From IMG/VR virus record IMGVR_UViG_3300048889_000034, positions 1-32,014 of that record: a stretch of DNA of 32,014 bases; one strand, 5' to 3'. The translations under genes were made by a program, and so were the position numbers. The stretch's first letter is position 1, and the number at the start of each line of letters is the position of its first letter. The notes under the pieces are model-generated. The model was not told where the DNA came from. It made no database searches and saw only the letters and a program-made list of their open reading frames with translations. Origin of the DNA: a virus (lineage: Duplodnaviria; Caudoviricetes). Below, in pieces: positions 7,611 through 15,622 of this stretch.

Positions 7611-7712
7611 GCAGCGGAAGCAGGCTTGTGGCGTGCCTGCCCTGACCAGAGAGATAGTCGGAGACGCTGGTAGTCGTCCCGGCCATTGCGGTTCGACTCC
7701 GCCCCTGCACCA
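7611..7712 (+). ncRNA. Long tRNA-like RNA (102 nt) with canonical T loop and ACCA end but no canonical anticodon loop
   Basis: T arm GCGG-TTCGACT-CCGC (7688-7702), then CCCTGC-A-CCA pairing with the 5' GCAG(C)GG; hairpin GCAGGC/GCCTGC; arm CTGAC/GTCGG with a 10-nt loop; arm GACG/CGTC. Confidence 0.6.
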
Positions 7713-7726
7713 GCTTCTAAACGCAG

Positions 7727-7768
7727 AAAGCCCCCATCCGGGATGACCGGGTGGGGGCTTTTTGTTTT
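7727..7768. terminator. Intrinsic terminator between the convergent arms (probably bidirectional)
   Basis: AAAGCCCCCATCCGG-GATGA-CCGGGTGGGGGCTTT followed by TTGTTTT; short A run on the 5' side; lies between the RNA cluster and the holin stop. Confidence 0.88.
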
Positions 7769-8179
7769 CTACCTGTTGCTTTCGACGCCCTTCAGCTTCT
7801 CGTACGTGCGCATGCCCGCAACTCCGAGCATCGACGTGACGAGCGCCATCGTGGTATCGAGCGGCATGGACGGCTGCTGCATCGGATGCCGCGCGAGGGC
7901 GCTACCCCACGCGAACAGCGGACCGACGACGAGCGAGACCGCGAGGCCCGCGGCGCAGACCCAGCCCACCGCAGGACGCCAGCCCGCGATGAAGAGGTTC
8001 GGCGACGCCGCCTCAATCTTGTTGATTTCGACCTGATTCGCGATGACCTGAAGGTCACCGTTCTGTTCCAGTTCCGCGAGTTTCTGGAGCGCGTCGGCCT
8101 TCGCCTTCGGGTCCGGGAGCACGCGTTCGAGAACAGTCTTCACCATGTCCACGATGGGACCGAGCAGTGGTAGAGCCAT
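7769..8179 (-). CDS. Holin (GTA 3-TM holin family-like)
   Basis: 'QVEINKIEAASPNLFIAGWRPAVGWVC...MLGVAGMRTYEKLKGV' is the typical pattern of this family. Confidence 0.88.
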   Translation of the reverse strand: MALPLLGPIVDMVKTVLERVLPDPKAKADALQKLAELEQNGDLQVIANQVEINKIEAASPNLFIAGWRPAVGWVCAAGLAVSLVVGPLFAWGSALARHPMQQPSMPLDTTMALVTSMLGVAGMRTYEKLKGVESNR

Positions 8180-8337
8180 CACGCCTTCTTGCCCTTCTTG
8201 TCGGGCAACACCTCAGCGTACGCCGAGGTCATGGTTGGGATGAAGTCCGGCTTGTCCGACAGCCGGAGAGCCTGCGGTACTTCCATCTGCACGGGCACCC
8301 TCGCCGCCTTCGCCGGGTTCTGGCGCTTCTTCGCCAT
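8179..8337 (-). CDS. Small basic protein, 52 aa (MAKKRQNPAKAARVPVQMEVPQALRLSDKPDFIPTMTSAYAEVLPDKKGKKA)
   Basis: Not in the ORF track; TGATG stop/start overlaps at both ends, exactly filling the gap. Confidence 0.72.
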   Translation of the reverse strand: MAKKRQNPAKAARVPVQMEVPQALRLSDKPDFIPTMTSAYAEVLPDKKGKKA

Positions 8338-8585
8338 CACCGGAGCCTCGGCGGCAGCCGCTTGAGGATTTCTTTCGTGTCCCGAGACTGGTCCCGCTGC
8401 ATCTCCTTGATTTCGTCCAGCGACTTGTCGATGCCCTTCTGGTGGTCTTCGACAACAGACAGGCGCTTCTCGTGGTCAGCGACCTTCCCGCCCCACGCTG
8501 CGAACCCGCTCACGAGGATGCCGAAGAGGGCCGTGATGATGGCCTGTAGATACCACGGTGCTTTCGTCAGAGCGAGAGCCTTCAT
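8337..8585 (-). CDS. Small membrane protein with coiled coil (possible lysis accessory)
   Basis: N-terminal TM helix 'WYLQAIITALFGILVSGFAAWG' followed by a heptad-like charged region; ATGA overlap with the upstream gene. Confidence 0.7.
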   Translation of the reverse strand: MKALALTKAPWYLQAIITALFGILVSGFAAWGGKVADHEKRLSVVEDHQKGIDKSLDEIKEMQRDQSRDTKEILKRLPPRLR

Positions 8586-11500
8586 TGTTTCTCTATCTCC
8601 GAGTACACGTTCGGGTTCTTGAGAGCGTCGGGGTCCATACCGGTCACACTCGCGCGTTCGCGAATGATAGCCGGGTCCATGTAGTCCTTGCCCTCAGTAG
8701 CCAGCCGTTTGTACAGCTTGTTCACTCGCGCCATGCGACGCGACGTTGCCTTACGGATTTCGGCCTTCTGGTCGAAGCCCTTGTCGAAGAAACCCGGCAC
8801 CAGCGTCGCCTCGTGATGCGCGAACACCTGCGCCATCGCGGCATCCTTCGCCCACTGTTCCGCGAGGTGAGCATCCAGCTTCGCCTTCGCGGGGTCATCG
8901 GGCGCGTTGCCGTTCAACTGGTCCCACAGCCACTTCCCGGCGTTGTACACCACGCCGCCCTGCACTTCCTTCTGGCCGGGCAACGAGGGCTCGTAGGTCT
9001 GCGTGCCCACGCCAGCCAGCGCGAGGGGCGCAACCACCGCAGCCTTCGGGATGCCCGAGTCGGCGTACGCGTCGGCAATGTCCTGAATCACCATCGGCGT
9101 GAACCTGCTCACCACCTCGTTCGGTACCGAGATGGGCGCGCCAGTGAAGTCAGTGCCACGCATCAGCGAGATGGCCAGCGAAGCGATGGGCGAAGTCTTG
9201 TTCTCGAAGAACCGCCCGAGAACGTCGAGCCTCGTCATCGCGCCGCGCTGAAACCCGTTCGTCTTGTCCGAGCCCGCGAGGTCAATCTCGCGACCGGTCG
9301 TGCTGCTGACGACCTTGCCGGTGAGCATCTGTGCGACGAAACGGGCAATCTGCTGGTGCCCCGCGAAGAGGTCAATACGCGTGTTGCCAATCTTCGCCTT
9401 CGCGAAGTCGGCGTTGCGCGGGTCCATGTTCACCTTCGCTACACCACTCATACCTGCGAGGCCGAGCAGCCCCATCGTTCCGCCGATGACGCTCATGTTC
9501 GACTTGAGCGCCTGCGCACGGATGGCAGGGTGCAGCGACGCGTAGTAGCGCGGGTTGAACGTCTCCAGCCGGGAGTAGAAGAGGCGCGGCGAGAACATCA
9601 CCGCGTTGAGCAGGTTGGCGTCACGGGCGAATGTTGCGCTGCCCCCTCGGCCGGTGCTTGTGTTCAGCCACTTCGCGAGCGACTGAGTCACGTGCGGGTC
9701 CTGCATGTCGAGGCCCGCCCGCGCGAGGTCCCCGTAGTAGCGGCGGAACGTGTCCGCACGCAACTTGTTGAGGAACGCATCGGCCGCAGCCTGCGAGTTC
9801 TTCACGCCCACCCAACTGTCCACCCACGAGCCGGGGAACTGCTCCGACTTCGTGCCGAAGGCGTCGCCTTGGAAGTGAAGGCCGGACTCGCGCATCGTGT
9901 TGTAGAGCGGGTCGGCTTTGATGGTCGCCGCAATGTCGTCGGCGACCTTTGTATCTCCGAACGCACGCACCATCGTGCCCCACGCCTGCCGGTACTCGGG
10001 CTGGCTCGCCATCAGGTAGCCCTGACGGCCGCCCATCGAGAGGTCGAGCGTGGTCTGGAGGGTGCGCGGTGTGTTGATGGTCTTGTCCCACATGCCCTTC
10101 AACTTCTGAGCGAGCGTGGGGTTCTGCACGACGGCTTCGACGAAGTCGCTGCCGAACGCAGTGCGCATCGCGCGCAACTGCGAACCAGTGGGTGCGCCGC
10201 CCTTGACGCCGCGTAGGCCGAGCAGCCGTTTGAGGCCGTTGCCAGCCGTCAGCTTGTCGCCCGCGGTGAGGTTGGACTTGTCGAGCGTCGTGAACAGGTT
10301 GTCGATTTCCGACTCCGTGAACGCGCCCTTCACGCCTTCCCAATCCGGCTTCTGTATCTCGCCAGCCATCGCAGCGAGGCGGGCGTGGAAGCCCTTGAGG
10401 CCGCCACCCGCCGCCTTCGCCGCAGACTCGCCCGCAGCGAACCGCTGCGAGAGGGCTTGACGACGCAGGCGCGTCCGTTCTCCAAGCTGCGCCTGCGCCG
10501 CGTTGATGCCTTGAGTGAGCCGGTCAACAACATCGTTCTGCACGATGCCGCGGTCGGCAGGGGCCGACGGAGCCGCCGCTGGAGGCGACGACCCCGGAAC
10601 GCTCTCCCCCGACGGGGGTGCGCTAGGGGACTCGGCCGAGGGCGTTGCCGCTGGTTCGGCCGAGGGCAATGGCGTAGCCGGGGGCGTTTCCGCCGCCCGA
10701 GCATCCGCGGCGTCCGCAGCGAGCTTGCGCAAGTTACGCATCTCGCCAACGGTCGCTGTGTCAGGGATGGGTGGGCCAGAAGCGCCCGCCTCCACCATCT
10801 GACGCGCCTCTTCGAGCGTGGTGCCATGCTCGCGGGCGAACTTCTCCAACGCCTGCTCGTACTTCGACGGAGCGAGCGAGACCGGCTTCGACGCCTCAGC
10901 GACTCGCGCCGCTTCAGCCGCATCGGCTGCTTGCTGTGCCGCTTTCGCCTGCGCAGCGATTTCGTTCTGCGCCGCACGGTCCACGGCAATCTCAGTCCGT
11001 GCCGCCGCGACGGTCTTCGCAGACGCCGCAGCACGAGCCTTGTCCGCAAGGCCCTCGGCGCGCTGTGCAACCGCACCGCCTGCTGCGCCCAAGCCCGCCC
11101 CGATACCCGCACCGGTCGCCGCTTCCTGCGCGACTTCACCGGGCGTCTTCTGGTCGATGGCCGCGTTGCCGCCGCCTTGCACGCCACCCGCGACCGCACC
11201 TTCGAGTGCACCCGCGAGGGCAGGGGCCGTCTTGGCCACGCCGAGAGCGGTCTCAGCCGCGCCGAGTCCGGGGCCGACGAGGCCACCAAGCGCAAGCGAA
11301 CCAGCAGTCACGGCACCCTTGCCAGCCTGTTGCAGGCGCTCCTTGGCGTCCTGCCCCGCGGGCGTGTCACCCATCTGCGTCGCGAGCATCGCGTCGGACG
11401 CGAGGGCACCCGGCGTGGTCGCCTCGTGCACGGTCGCACCCAACTGCTTGCCCTGCTCCAACAGCATGTTGCCGATGGCACCGGGGGACGCGACGAAGCG

Positions 11501-12238
11501 GTCCCACAGCGTCGGGGCCATCTGAGAGTGCAGCCAGTCATCGTACGAACCGACCTTATTGCCCTGCTTCTTCAGCACGTCGTAGCGCATGCGCAGGTAC
11601 TTGTCCGGCTCCATGCCGGAGTTGTGGCCCTCGGGGAAGTGCCGGGCCACAATCTGCGCCTTGTCCTCGTACGTGATGGGGCCAGCCTCTTCCTTCCCAA
11701 TCTTCGCCTTGTACATGGCGTCGATGAGGCTCGGCTCGTCGGTGTGGCCGGGATAGTCGATGCTGCCCTGCTTCAGCAGCTTCTTGTCCACTCGGTCACC
11801 GAACTCGTCGTGGATTGCCTTCTCGTACTCCTGCGGGGACAGGTCAGGCACGCTATCCCGCTGGATATCGTACCCGGCCTGAAGGACTTCTTGGTCTGAC
11901 GCCTTGAAGTCCGAGCCCATGTGGTAGTTGTCCCGGACGTGCTTCGCGAACATCGCGACGCCCGCGGCCGAGTTACGCAGTGCGTTGAGCACCACGGCAC
12001 GCTTCGCGCGGTTCACGTCGGGCTTCACCGGAGTTACAGAGGCGGTCGTGTCGGGAGCCGCAGCAGGCGGGGCGACACTGCCCGTGTCGGCGTCCGCGCC
12101 CTCAGGTTCGAGGGCCGGTGCGTCGAGCACAGGGTCGGCCGGAGCGCGGTCGGCGGAACCGATGGGACCCGCAGGCCCCGTCGGTCCAAGCGCCTTCTGC
12201 CGCGCTACCATCTGTTCGTAGGTGTACGGAGAAGCCAT
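8582..12238 (-). CDS. Large putative internal virion / DNA ejection protein (1218 aa)
   Basis: AAGGAG RBS; Ala/Gly-rich hydrophobic segments, Pro-rich linker and helical C-terminal region; last and largest of three genes after the tail genes, as for podovirus ejection proteins. Confidence 0.7.
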   Translation of the reverse strand: MASPYTYEQMVARQKALGPTGPAGPIGSADRAPADPVLDAPALEPEGADADTGSVAPPAAAPDTTASVTPVKPDVNRAKRAVVLNALRNSAAGVAMFAKHVRDNYHMGSDFKASDQEVLQAGYDIQRDSVPDLSPQEYEKAIHDEFGDRVDKKLLKQGSIDYPGHTDEPSLIDAMYKAKIGKEEAGPITYEDKAQIVARHFPEGHNSGMEPDKYLRMRYDVLKKQGNKVGSYDDWLHSQMAPTLWDRFVASPGAIGNMLLEQGKQLGATVHEATTPGALASDAMLATQMGDTPAGQDAKERLQQAGKGAVTAGSLALGGLVGPGLGAAETALGVAKTAPALAGALEGAVAGGVQGGGNAAIDQKTPGEVAQEAATGAGIGAGLGAAGGAVAQRAEGLADKARAAASAKTVAAARTEIAVDRAAQNEIAAQAKAAQQAADAAEAARVAEASKPVSLAPSKYEQALEKFAREHGTTLEEARQMVEAGASGPPIPDTATVGEMRNLRKLAADAADARAAETPPATPLPSAEPAATPSAESPSAPPSGESVPGSSPPAAAPSAPADRGIVQNDVVDRLTQGINAAQAQLGERTRLRRQALSQRFAAGESAAKAAGGGLKGFHARLAAMAGEIQKPDWEGVKGAFTESEIDNLFTTLDKSNLTAGDKLTAGNGLKRLLGLRGVKGGAPTGSQLRAMRTAFGSDFVEAVVQNPTLAQKLKGMWDKTINTPRTLQTTLDLSMGGRQGYLMASQPEYRQAWGTMVRAFGDTKVADDIAATIKADPLYNTMRESGLHFQGDAFGTKSEQFPGSWVDSWVGVKNSQAAADAFLNKLRADTFRRYYGDLARAGLDMQDPHVTQSLAKWLNTSTGRGGSATFARDANLLNAVMFSPRLFYSRLETFNPRYYASLHPAIRAQALKSNMSVIGGTMGLLGLAGMSGVAKVNMDPRNADFAKAKIGNTRIDLFAGHQQIARFVAQMLTGKVVSSTTGREIDLAGSDKTNGFQRGAMTRLDVLGRFFENKTSPIASLAISLMRGTDFTGAPISVPNEVVSRFTPMVIQDIADAYADSGIPKAAVVAPLALAGVGTQTYEPSLPGQKEVQGGVVYNAGKWLWDQLNGNAPDDPAKAKLDAHLAEQWAKDAAMAQVFAHHEATLVPGFFDKGFDQKAEIRKATSRRMARVNKLYKRLATEGKDYMDPAIIRERASVTGMDPDALKNPNVYSEIEKQ

Positions 12239-12248
12239 TGGTTACTCC

Positions 12249-13334
12249 TTACTGAGTGGGAGGTGTGACCGGTGCAGGAGCGTTGTGGCCGCGGTTGCGG
12301 AGGATGCGCGCCTGAAGCGGGTTCACTGCCCCGCCACCGCCCGCACCGCCAACCGCAGCACCAGCCTTCGCAGGAGCGGCCCCTCGCGTGATGCCGAGGT
12401 CCGTCATGCGCTGCTCCGCCCAATCCTGTGCCTCTTGGAACGCGTCCTCAGGCTCGACGCCCTTCTTGATGAGCGCCCGCGCCATGGTACCCGACTCGGT
12501 GATGAGCGTCTGCTGCAACTTCGTGTCGGCCGTGGTGCCGTGAAGCATCCCGGTCACACGCGCCTTCACCGCTTCGAGCGCCCACTGGCCGCGCATGTTC
12601 GCGCGCTGGAGCGCCGCAGCATTCTTCTCGGAACCAAGCTGAAGCTGGCCCTGAAGGTGCGCCTTGTCCTGCTCGATTTGCGCGAGGGTCTCAAGCCACT
12701 TGCCCGAGACAACCTTGCGGGCATCGCCCTCGGCCATGGACTGCTTGATGGCTCCTTCGAGCGCCTGCTGCTTCATGTCGAGCAACTTCTGCCACCGCTG
12801 TGTCTGCGTGTCGTTGGCCGACTGCTCGTCCGCGTTGTGCTGCTGAATCATCTCACGCGCGTGCTCGGGGTTGCCCATCGCCATCGCGAAGAGCATGAGC
12901 GGATTCGTGTGATGCTCGGGCGGCATCGCGGCAATGTCCTGAAGACGCTGGTTCAGGATGCCGTGGTAGTCGATGTGTGGCGCGTTCGCCTGCATCTCGT
13001 CGTGCAGCGCCATGAGTGCGTCGTGGATGCCCTTCTTGTGTAGGTAACCGTAGGGACCGCTGTCAACGAAGTCGTTCTCGCCGGGCGTGAAGGTCTGGCC
13101 CGCGGCCTCAGCCGCCGCCTTCTTCTTCTGCGCCTCAGGCGTCAGCGACTCGTCGAGCCCCGGCAACTCGAACTTGGTCGAGGGCGGGGGTGGAGTGAAC
13201 GTGTTGTCCTGCTGCGTCAGCGCCGCCATCATAGCAGCGGGGTCCGCCTGAGACGGCTGCATCCCAACGAGGGACCGAGCCGCCCCAGCGACCGCGCTCG
13301 CAGGCGCAGTCAGAATCTTCTTGAAGTTGACCAT
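12249..13334 (-). CDS. Putative internal virion / ejection protein (361 aa)
   Basis: Probable start MVNFKK at 13334 after AAGGAG; Gln/Ala-rich helical protein; position in the ejection cluster. Confidence 0.62.
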   Translation of the reverse strand: MVNFKKILTAPASAVAGAARSLVGMQPSQADPAAMMAALTQQDNTFTPPPPSTKFELPGLDESLTPEAQKKKAAAEAAGQTFTPGENDFVDSGPYGYLHKKGIHDALMALHDEMQANAPHIDYHGILNQRLQDIAAMPPEHHTNPLMLFAMAMGNPEHAREMIQQHNADEQSANDTQTQRWQKLLDMKQQALEGAIKQSMAEGDARKVVSGKWLETLAQIEQDKAHLQGQLQLGSEKNAAALQRANMRGQWALEAVKARVTGMLHGTTADTKLQQTLITESGTMARALIKKGVEPEDAFQEAQDWAEQRMTDLGITRGAAPAKAGAAVGGAGGGGAVNPLQARILRNRGHNAPAPVTPPTQ

Positions 13335-13344
13335 TGCACGCTCC

Positions 13345-13968
13345 TTACTGGATGGCTTCCATCGTGCCGCCAGCACCGGCCGACCCGAGGAAGGGGATAG
13401 CTCCGCCTGCGCTGACGCCCATACCGCCGCCGAGGGCGCGACGCCGGAACAGCTTCGACCAGTCGAACGAGCCACCCTGCGCACCAGCCATCGCGGCCGA
13501 CGCAGCGTTGCCGATTTTGCCCCACATGGTCGGCTCGGCGTTCTGCTTCTCAAGGTTGGCCAGCGCGAGGTCACCCTCGTTCTGCACCATGCCCTGCGCA
13601 ATCGGGAGGGACGACTGCCAGAGATTCGACGTGACCCCTCGCTGGAGCGCACCGACCGCGTTGGGCGCACCGGCCGCCGCGAAGTCGCTCGCGCCGCTCT
13701 GCGCACCGCCCGTGGGACCGAACCCGGCTTCCGCGGCGGACCGCGCGATGTTGCCCTGAAGGCTCTGCCCCTGCTCGGCCGCACCCTGCATGAGTTTCTG
13801 GCCGTACGGCGAGTTGATGATTTGGTTCACCAACTCCTGCGTCCGGCTGCCGATGGCCTTCGCCCCGAACATCTGGTTGTACATGGCGGGGTCCATGTAC
13901 TTCTGCTTCCGGCGACCGAAGATGCCGCCGAGAGCGGAGAGCCCGCCGAGTAGCATGAGTGGATTCAT
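13345..13968 (-). CDS. Putative DNA pilot / small ejection protein (207 aa)
   Basis: N-terminal 'MLLGGLSALGGIFGRRKQK' and Gly/Ala/Gln-rich composition typical of the first podovirus ejection protein. Confidence 0.62.
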   Translation of the reverse strand: MNPLMLLGGLSALGGIFGRRKQKYMDPAMYNQMFGAKAIGSRTQELVNQIINSPYGQKLMQGAAEQGQSLQGNIARSAAEAGFGPTGGAQSGASDFAAAGAPNAVGALQRGVTSNLWQSSLPIAQGMVQNEGDLALANLEKQNAEPTMWGKIGNAASAAMAGAQGGSFDWSKLFRRRALGGGMGVSAGGAIPFLGSAGAGGTMEAIQ

Positions 13969-13977
13969 GTGGTCCTC

Positions 13978-14337
13978 TTAGTACAGGTAGCCGAAGACTT
14001 CGACAGTTGCGGTTGCCGCACCCGTTGAGCCGGTCGTCACCGTCAACTGCACTGCAACGCCGGAAGCCGTCACGGTCCAGAGCGTCAGGTCAGTGCCCTG
14101 CACGATGAAGTAACCTGTGGTCGCAGTGAGTCCGTTGAGGCTGAATGCCTGCCGGAAGTTCGTGATGCTGTAGCTCGTGCCGCCCGCGAGGGTCGCAGAC
14201 GGGTTGCGGACAATGACGTGAGTGATTACGCACGTCTTGCCAATCGGCACTGTGAAGATGGTGGTCGTCGCAGCCGTCTTCATGTCGATGACGGCCGAGC
14301 CGAGTTTGGTGACGGCGTTCTCTTTCAGAGCAGCCAT
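13978..14337 (-). CDS. Small Thr-rich beta-sandwich virion protein (119 aa)
   Basis: AGGAG RBS before MAALKEN; alternating beta pattern ending 'VEVFGYLY'. Confidence 0.62.
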   Translation of the reverse strand: MAALKENAVTKLGSAVIDMKTAATTTIFTVPIGKTCVITHVIVRNPSATLAGGTSYSITNFRQAFSLNGLTATTGYFIVQGTDLTLWTVTASGVAVQLTVTTGSTGAATATVEVFGYLY

Positions 14338-14345
14338 GTGTTCTC

Positions 14346-15614
14346 CTAGACCCACACCATGTCGTCGTTGAAGAAGACAGGGTTGTCGTCGAGCGCCACC
14401 ATGCGATAGTCGCCGAAGCGCGAGAAGTTGCTGTCGATGCCGGACTTCACTTCGCCCGTGGACTTGAGCACCTGCACGACTTCGATGGTCGGACTGGCCG
14501 CAGCCTTGAGGCGAAGCACCGGATTGGAGACCGTGTCGCCAACAACGTCCACTTCTGCGCCGATTGCTGTACTACCCGTGCCGACGCCGAGTCGCCCGTA
14601 TAGGTCGATGCCACCTGACTGTGTTCCACCGGGTGCGTCCCACCGGAGAAAGGCCGAGCCCGACTGCGCGATGGTGACGTACGAGGTGGCCGTGTAGAGG
14701 TCACCGCCGCCACCGTGGCTGACCTGTGCCCCGGCGTTCAGGCGGATGGTATTCGGAGTCTGCCCGGTGTTTATTGGGGTACCCGAGCAAGTGACCGTGC
14801 GGGTGATGGTGACAAATGTGCCGAACGCCGTGATAGGCGTTGCGTCCATCGACGTACCACTTCGCAGCGTGTTGTCCTGCCATTCGTTTCCGGCCGAATC
14901 GACGAGCGTGATGTACCAGAAGTTCTGGTTACCACCACCGTAGACCGGCGTGACGAACAGCGTCGTGGTCTTCGCGGTGATGGTGTACGTTGCTCCCGGC
15001 GTGATGGTCCCACTCAGGAAGCATCGCTGTGGGTTGTTTCCTGACGAACCCGTGTTGATGGACCCGTACGAGGTGAGCCCATCGTCCGAGTTCATCGAAT
15101 CCGCGAGGGTGCCCGCCTGCCCACCACCGCCGCTGCCGGTACGGCGGACCCACTGTGTGCCAGTAGGGTCCACGTCACCCGACAACGTCATCGCTGACGC
15201 CGAGCCAGCGAGCGAGCCCACGATATGCAACGTCGCGAGGGGCGCGTTCACGTTGATGCCGACGAGCGCCTGAGTCTCGTCCACGGAGACGACCGCAGTC
15301 GTCCCCGTCCCGAGTTTGATGAAGCCCTTCGTTGCGTGGCTGGTCGAGCCGAACTTCAGGGGCTCGGCAGCGGCCACACCGCCGTAGCCAATCTGACCGT
15401 TTGCGCGGCCCCCGAGTTTGAAGTAACCAGACAGGTCAGGTGGAACGCTGATGGGCGTCCCGGACGCATCCGGCTGTTCGTTGCGTTGGATGGCACTCTG
15501 GCCCGCAGCAAGGTTCTTCACTTGTCGCCCGAGCTTCCGCAGTTCGCGGTTGAGCCACGGTGCACACTGCCGCGGGTCGGTCGGGGGGATAACAGGAGGA
15601 AAGCTGCGGGCCAT
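14346..15614 (-). CDS. Putative tail fibre / receptor-binding protein (422 aa)
   Basis: Probable start MARSFPP at 15614; 'VGINVNAPLATLHIVG' and 'GRLGVGTGSTAIGAEVDVVG' fibre-type repeats flank a Thr/Gly-rich globular insert; follows the nozzle gene. Confidence 0.65.
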   Translation of the reverse strand: MARSFPPVIPPTDPRQCAPWLNRELRKLGRQVKNLAAGQSAIQRNEQPDASGTPISVPPDLSGYFKLGGRANGQIGYGGVAAAEPLKFGSTSHATKGFIKLGTGTTAVVSVDETQALVGINVNAPLATLHIVGSLAGSASAMTLSGDVDPTGTQWVRRTGSGGGGQAGTLADSMNSDDGLTSYGSINTGSSGNNPQRCFLSGTITPGATYTITAKTTTLFVTPVYGGGNQNFWYITLVDSAGNEWQDNTLRSGTSMDATPITAFGTFVTITRTVTCSGTPINTGQTPNTIRLNAGAQVSHGGGGDLYTATSYVTIAQSGSAFLRWDAPGGTQSGGIDLYGRLGVGTGSTAIGAEVDVVGDTVSNPVLRLKAAASPTIEVVQVLKSTGEVKSGIDSNFSRFGDYRMVALDDNPVFFNDDMVWV

Positions 15615-15622
15615 GTATGCCT

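Noticed and set aside
7339-7710. ORFs across the RNA cluster (7339-7710 minus, 7379-7606 plus)
   Set aside because: No RBS, atypical composition, and the region is better explained by RNA structure.
7611-7712. tRNA-Sec or tmRNA identity for the long tRNA-like RNA
   Set aside because: No UCA anticodon in a 7-nt loop, no G3-U70 acceptor as paired here, too short for tmRNA and no tag reading frame.
12249-13784. Extended 5' ends given by the ORF track (13784, 15713, 29089, 5314, 6355, 23041, 22794)
   Set aside because: The extensions overlap neighbouring genes and lack an RBS; downstream starts with an RBS or stop/start coupling were preferred.
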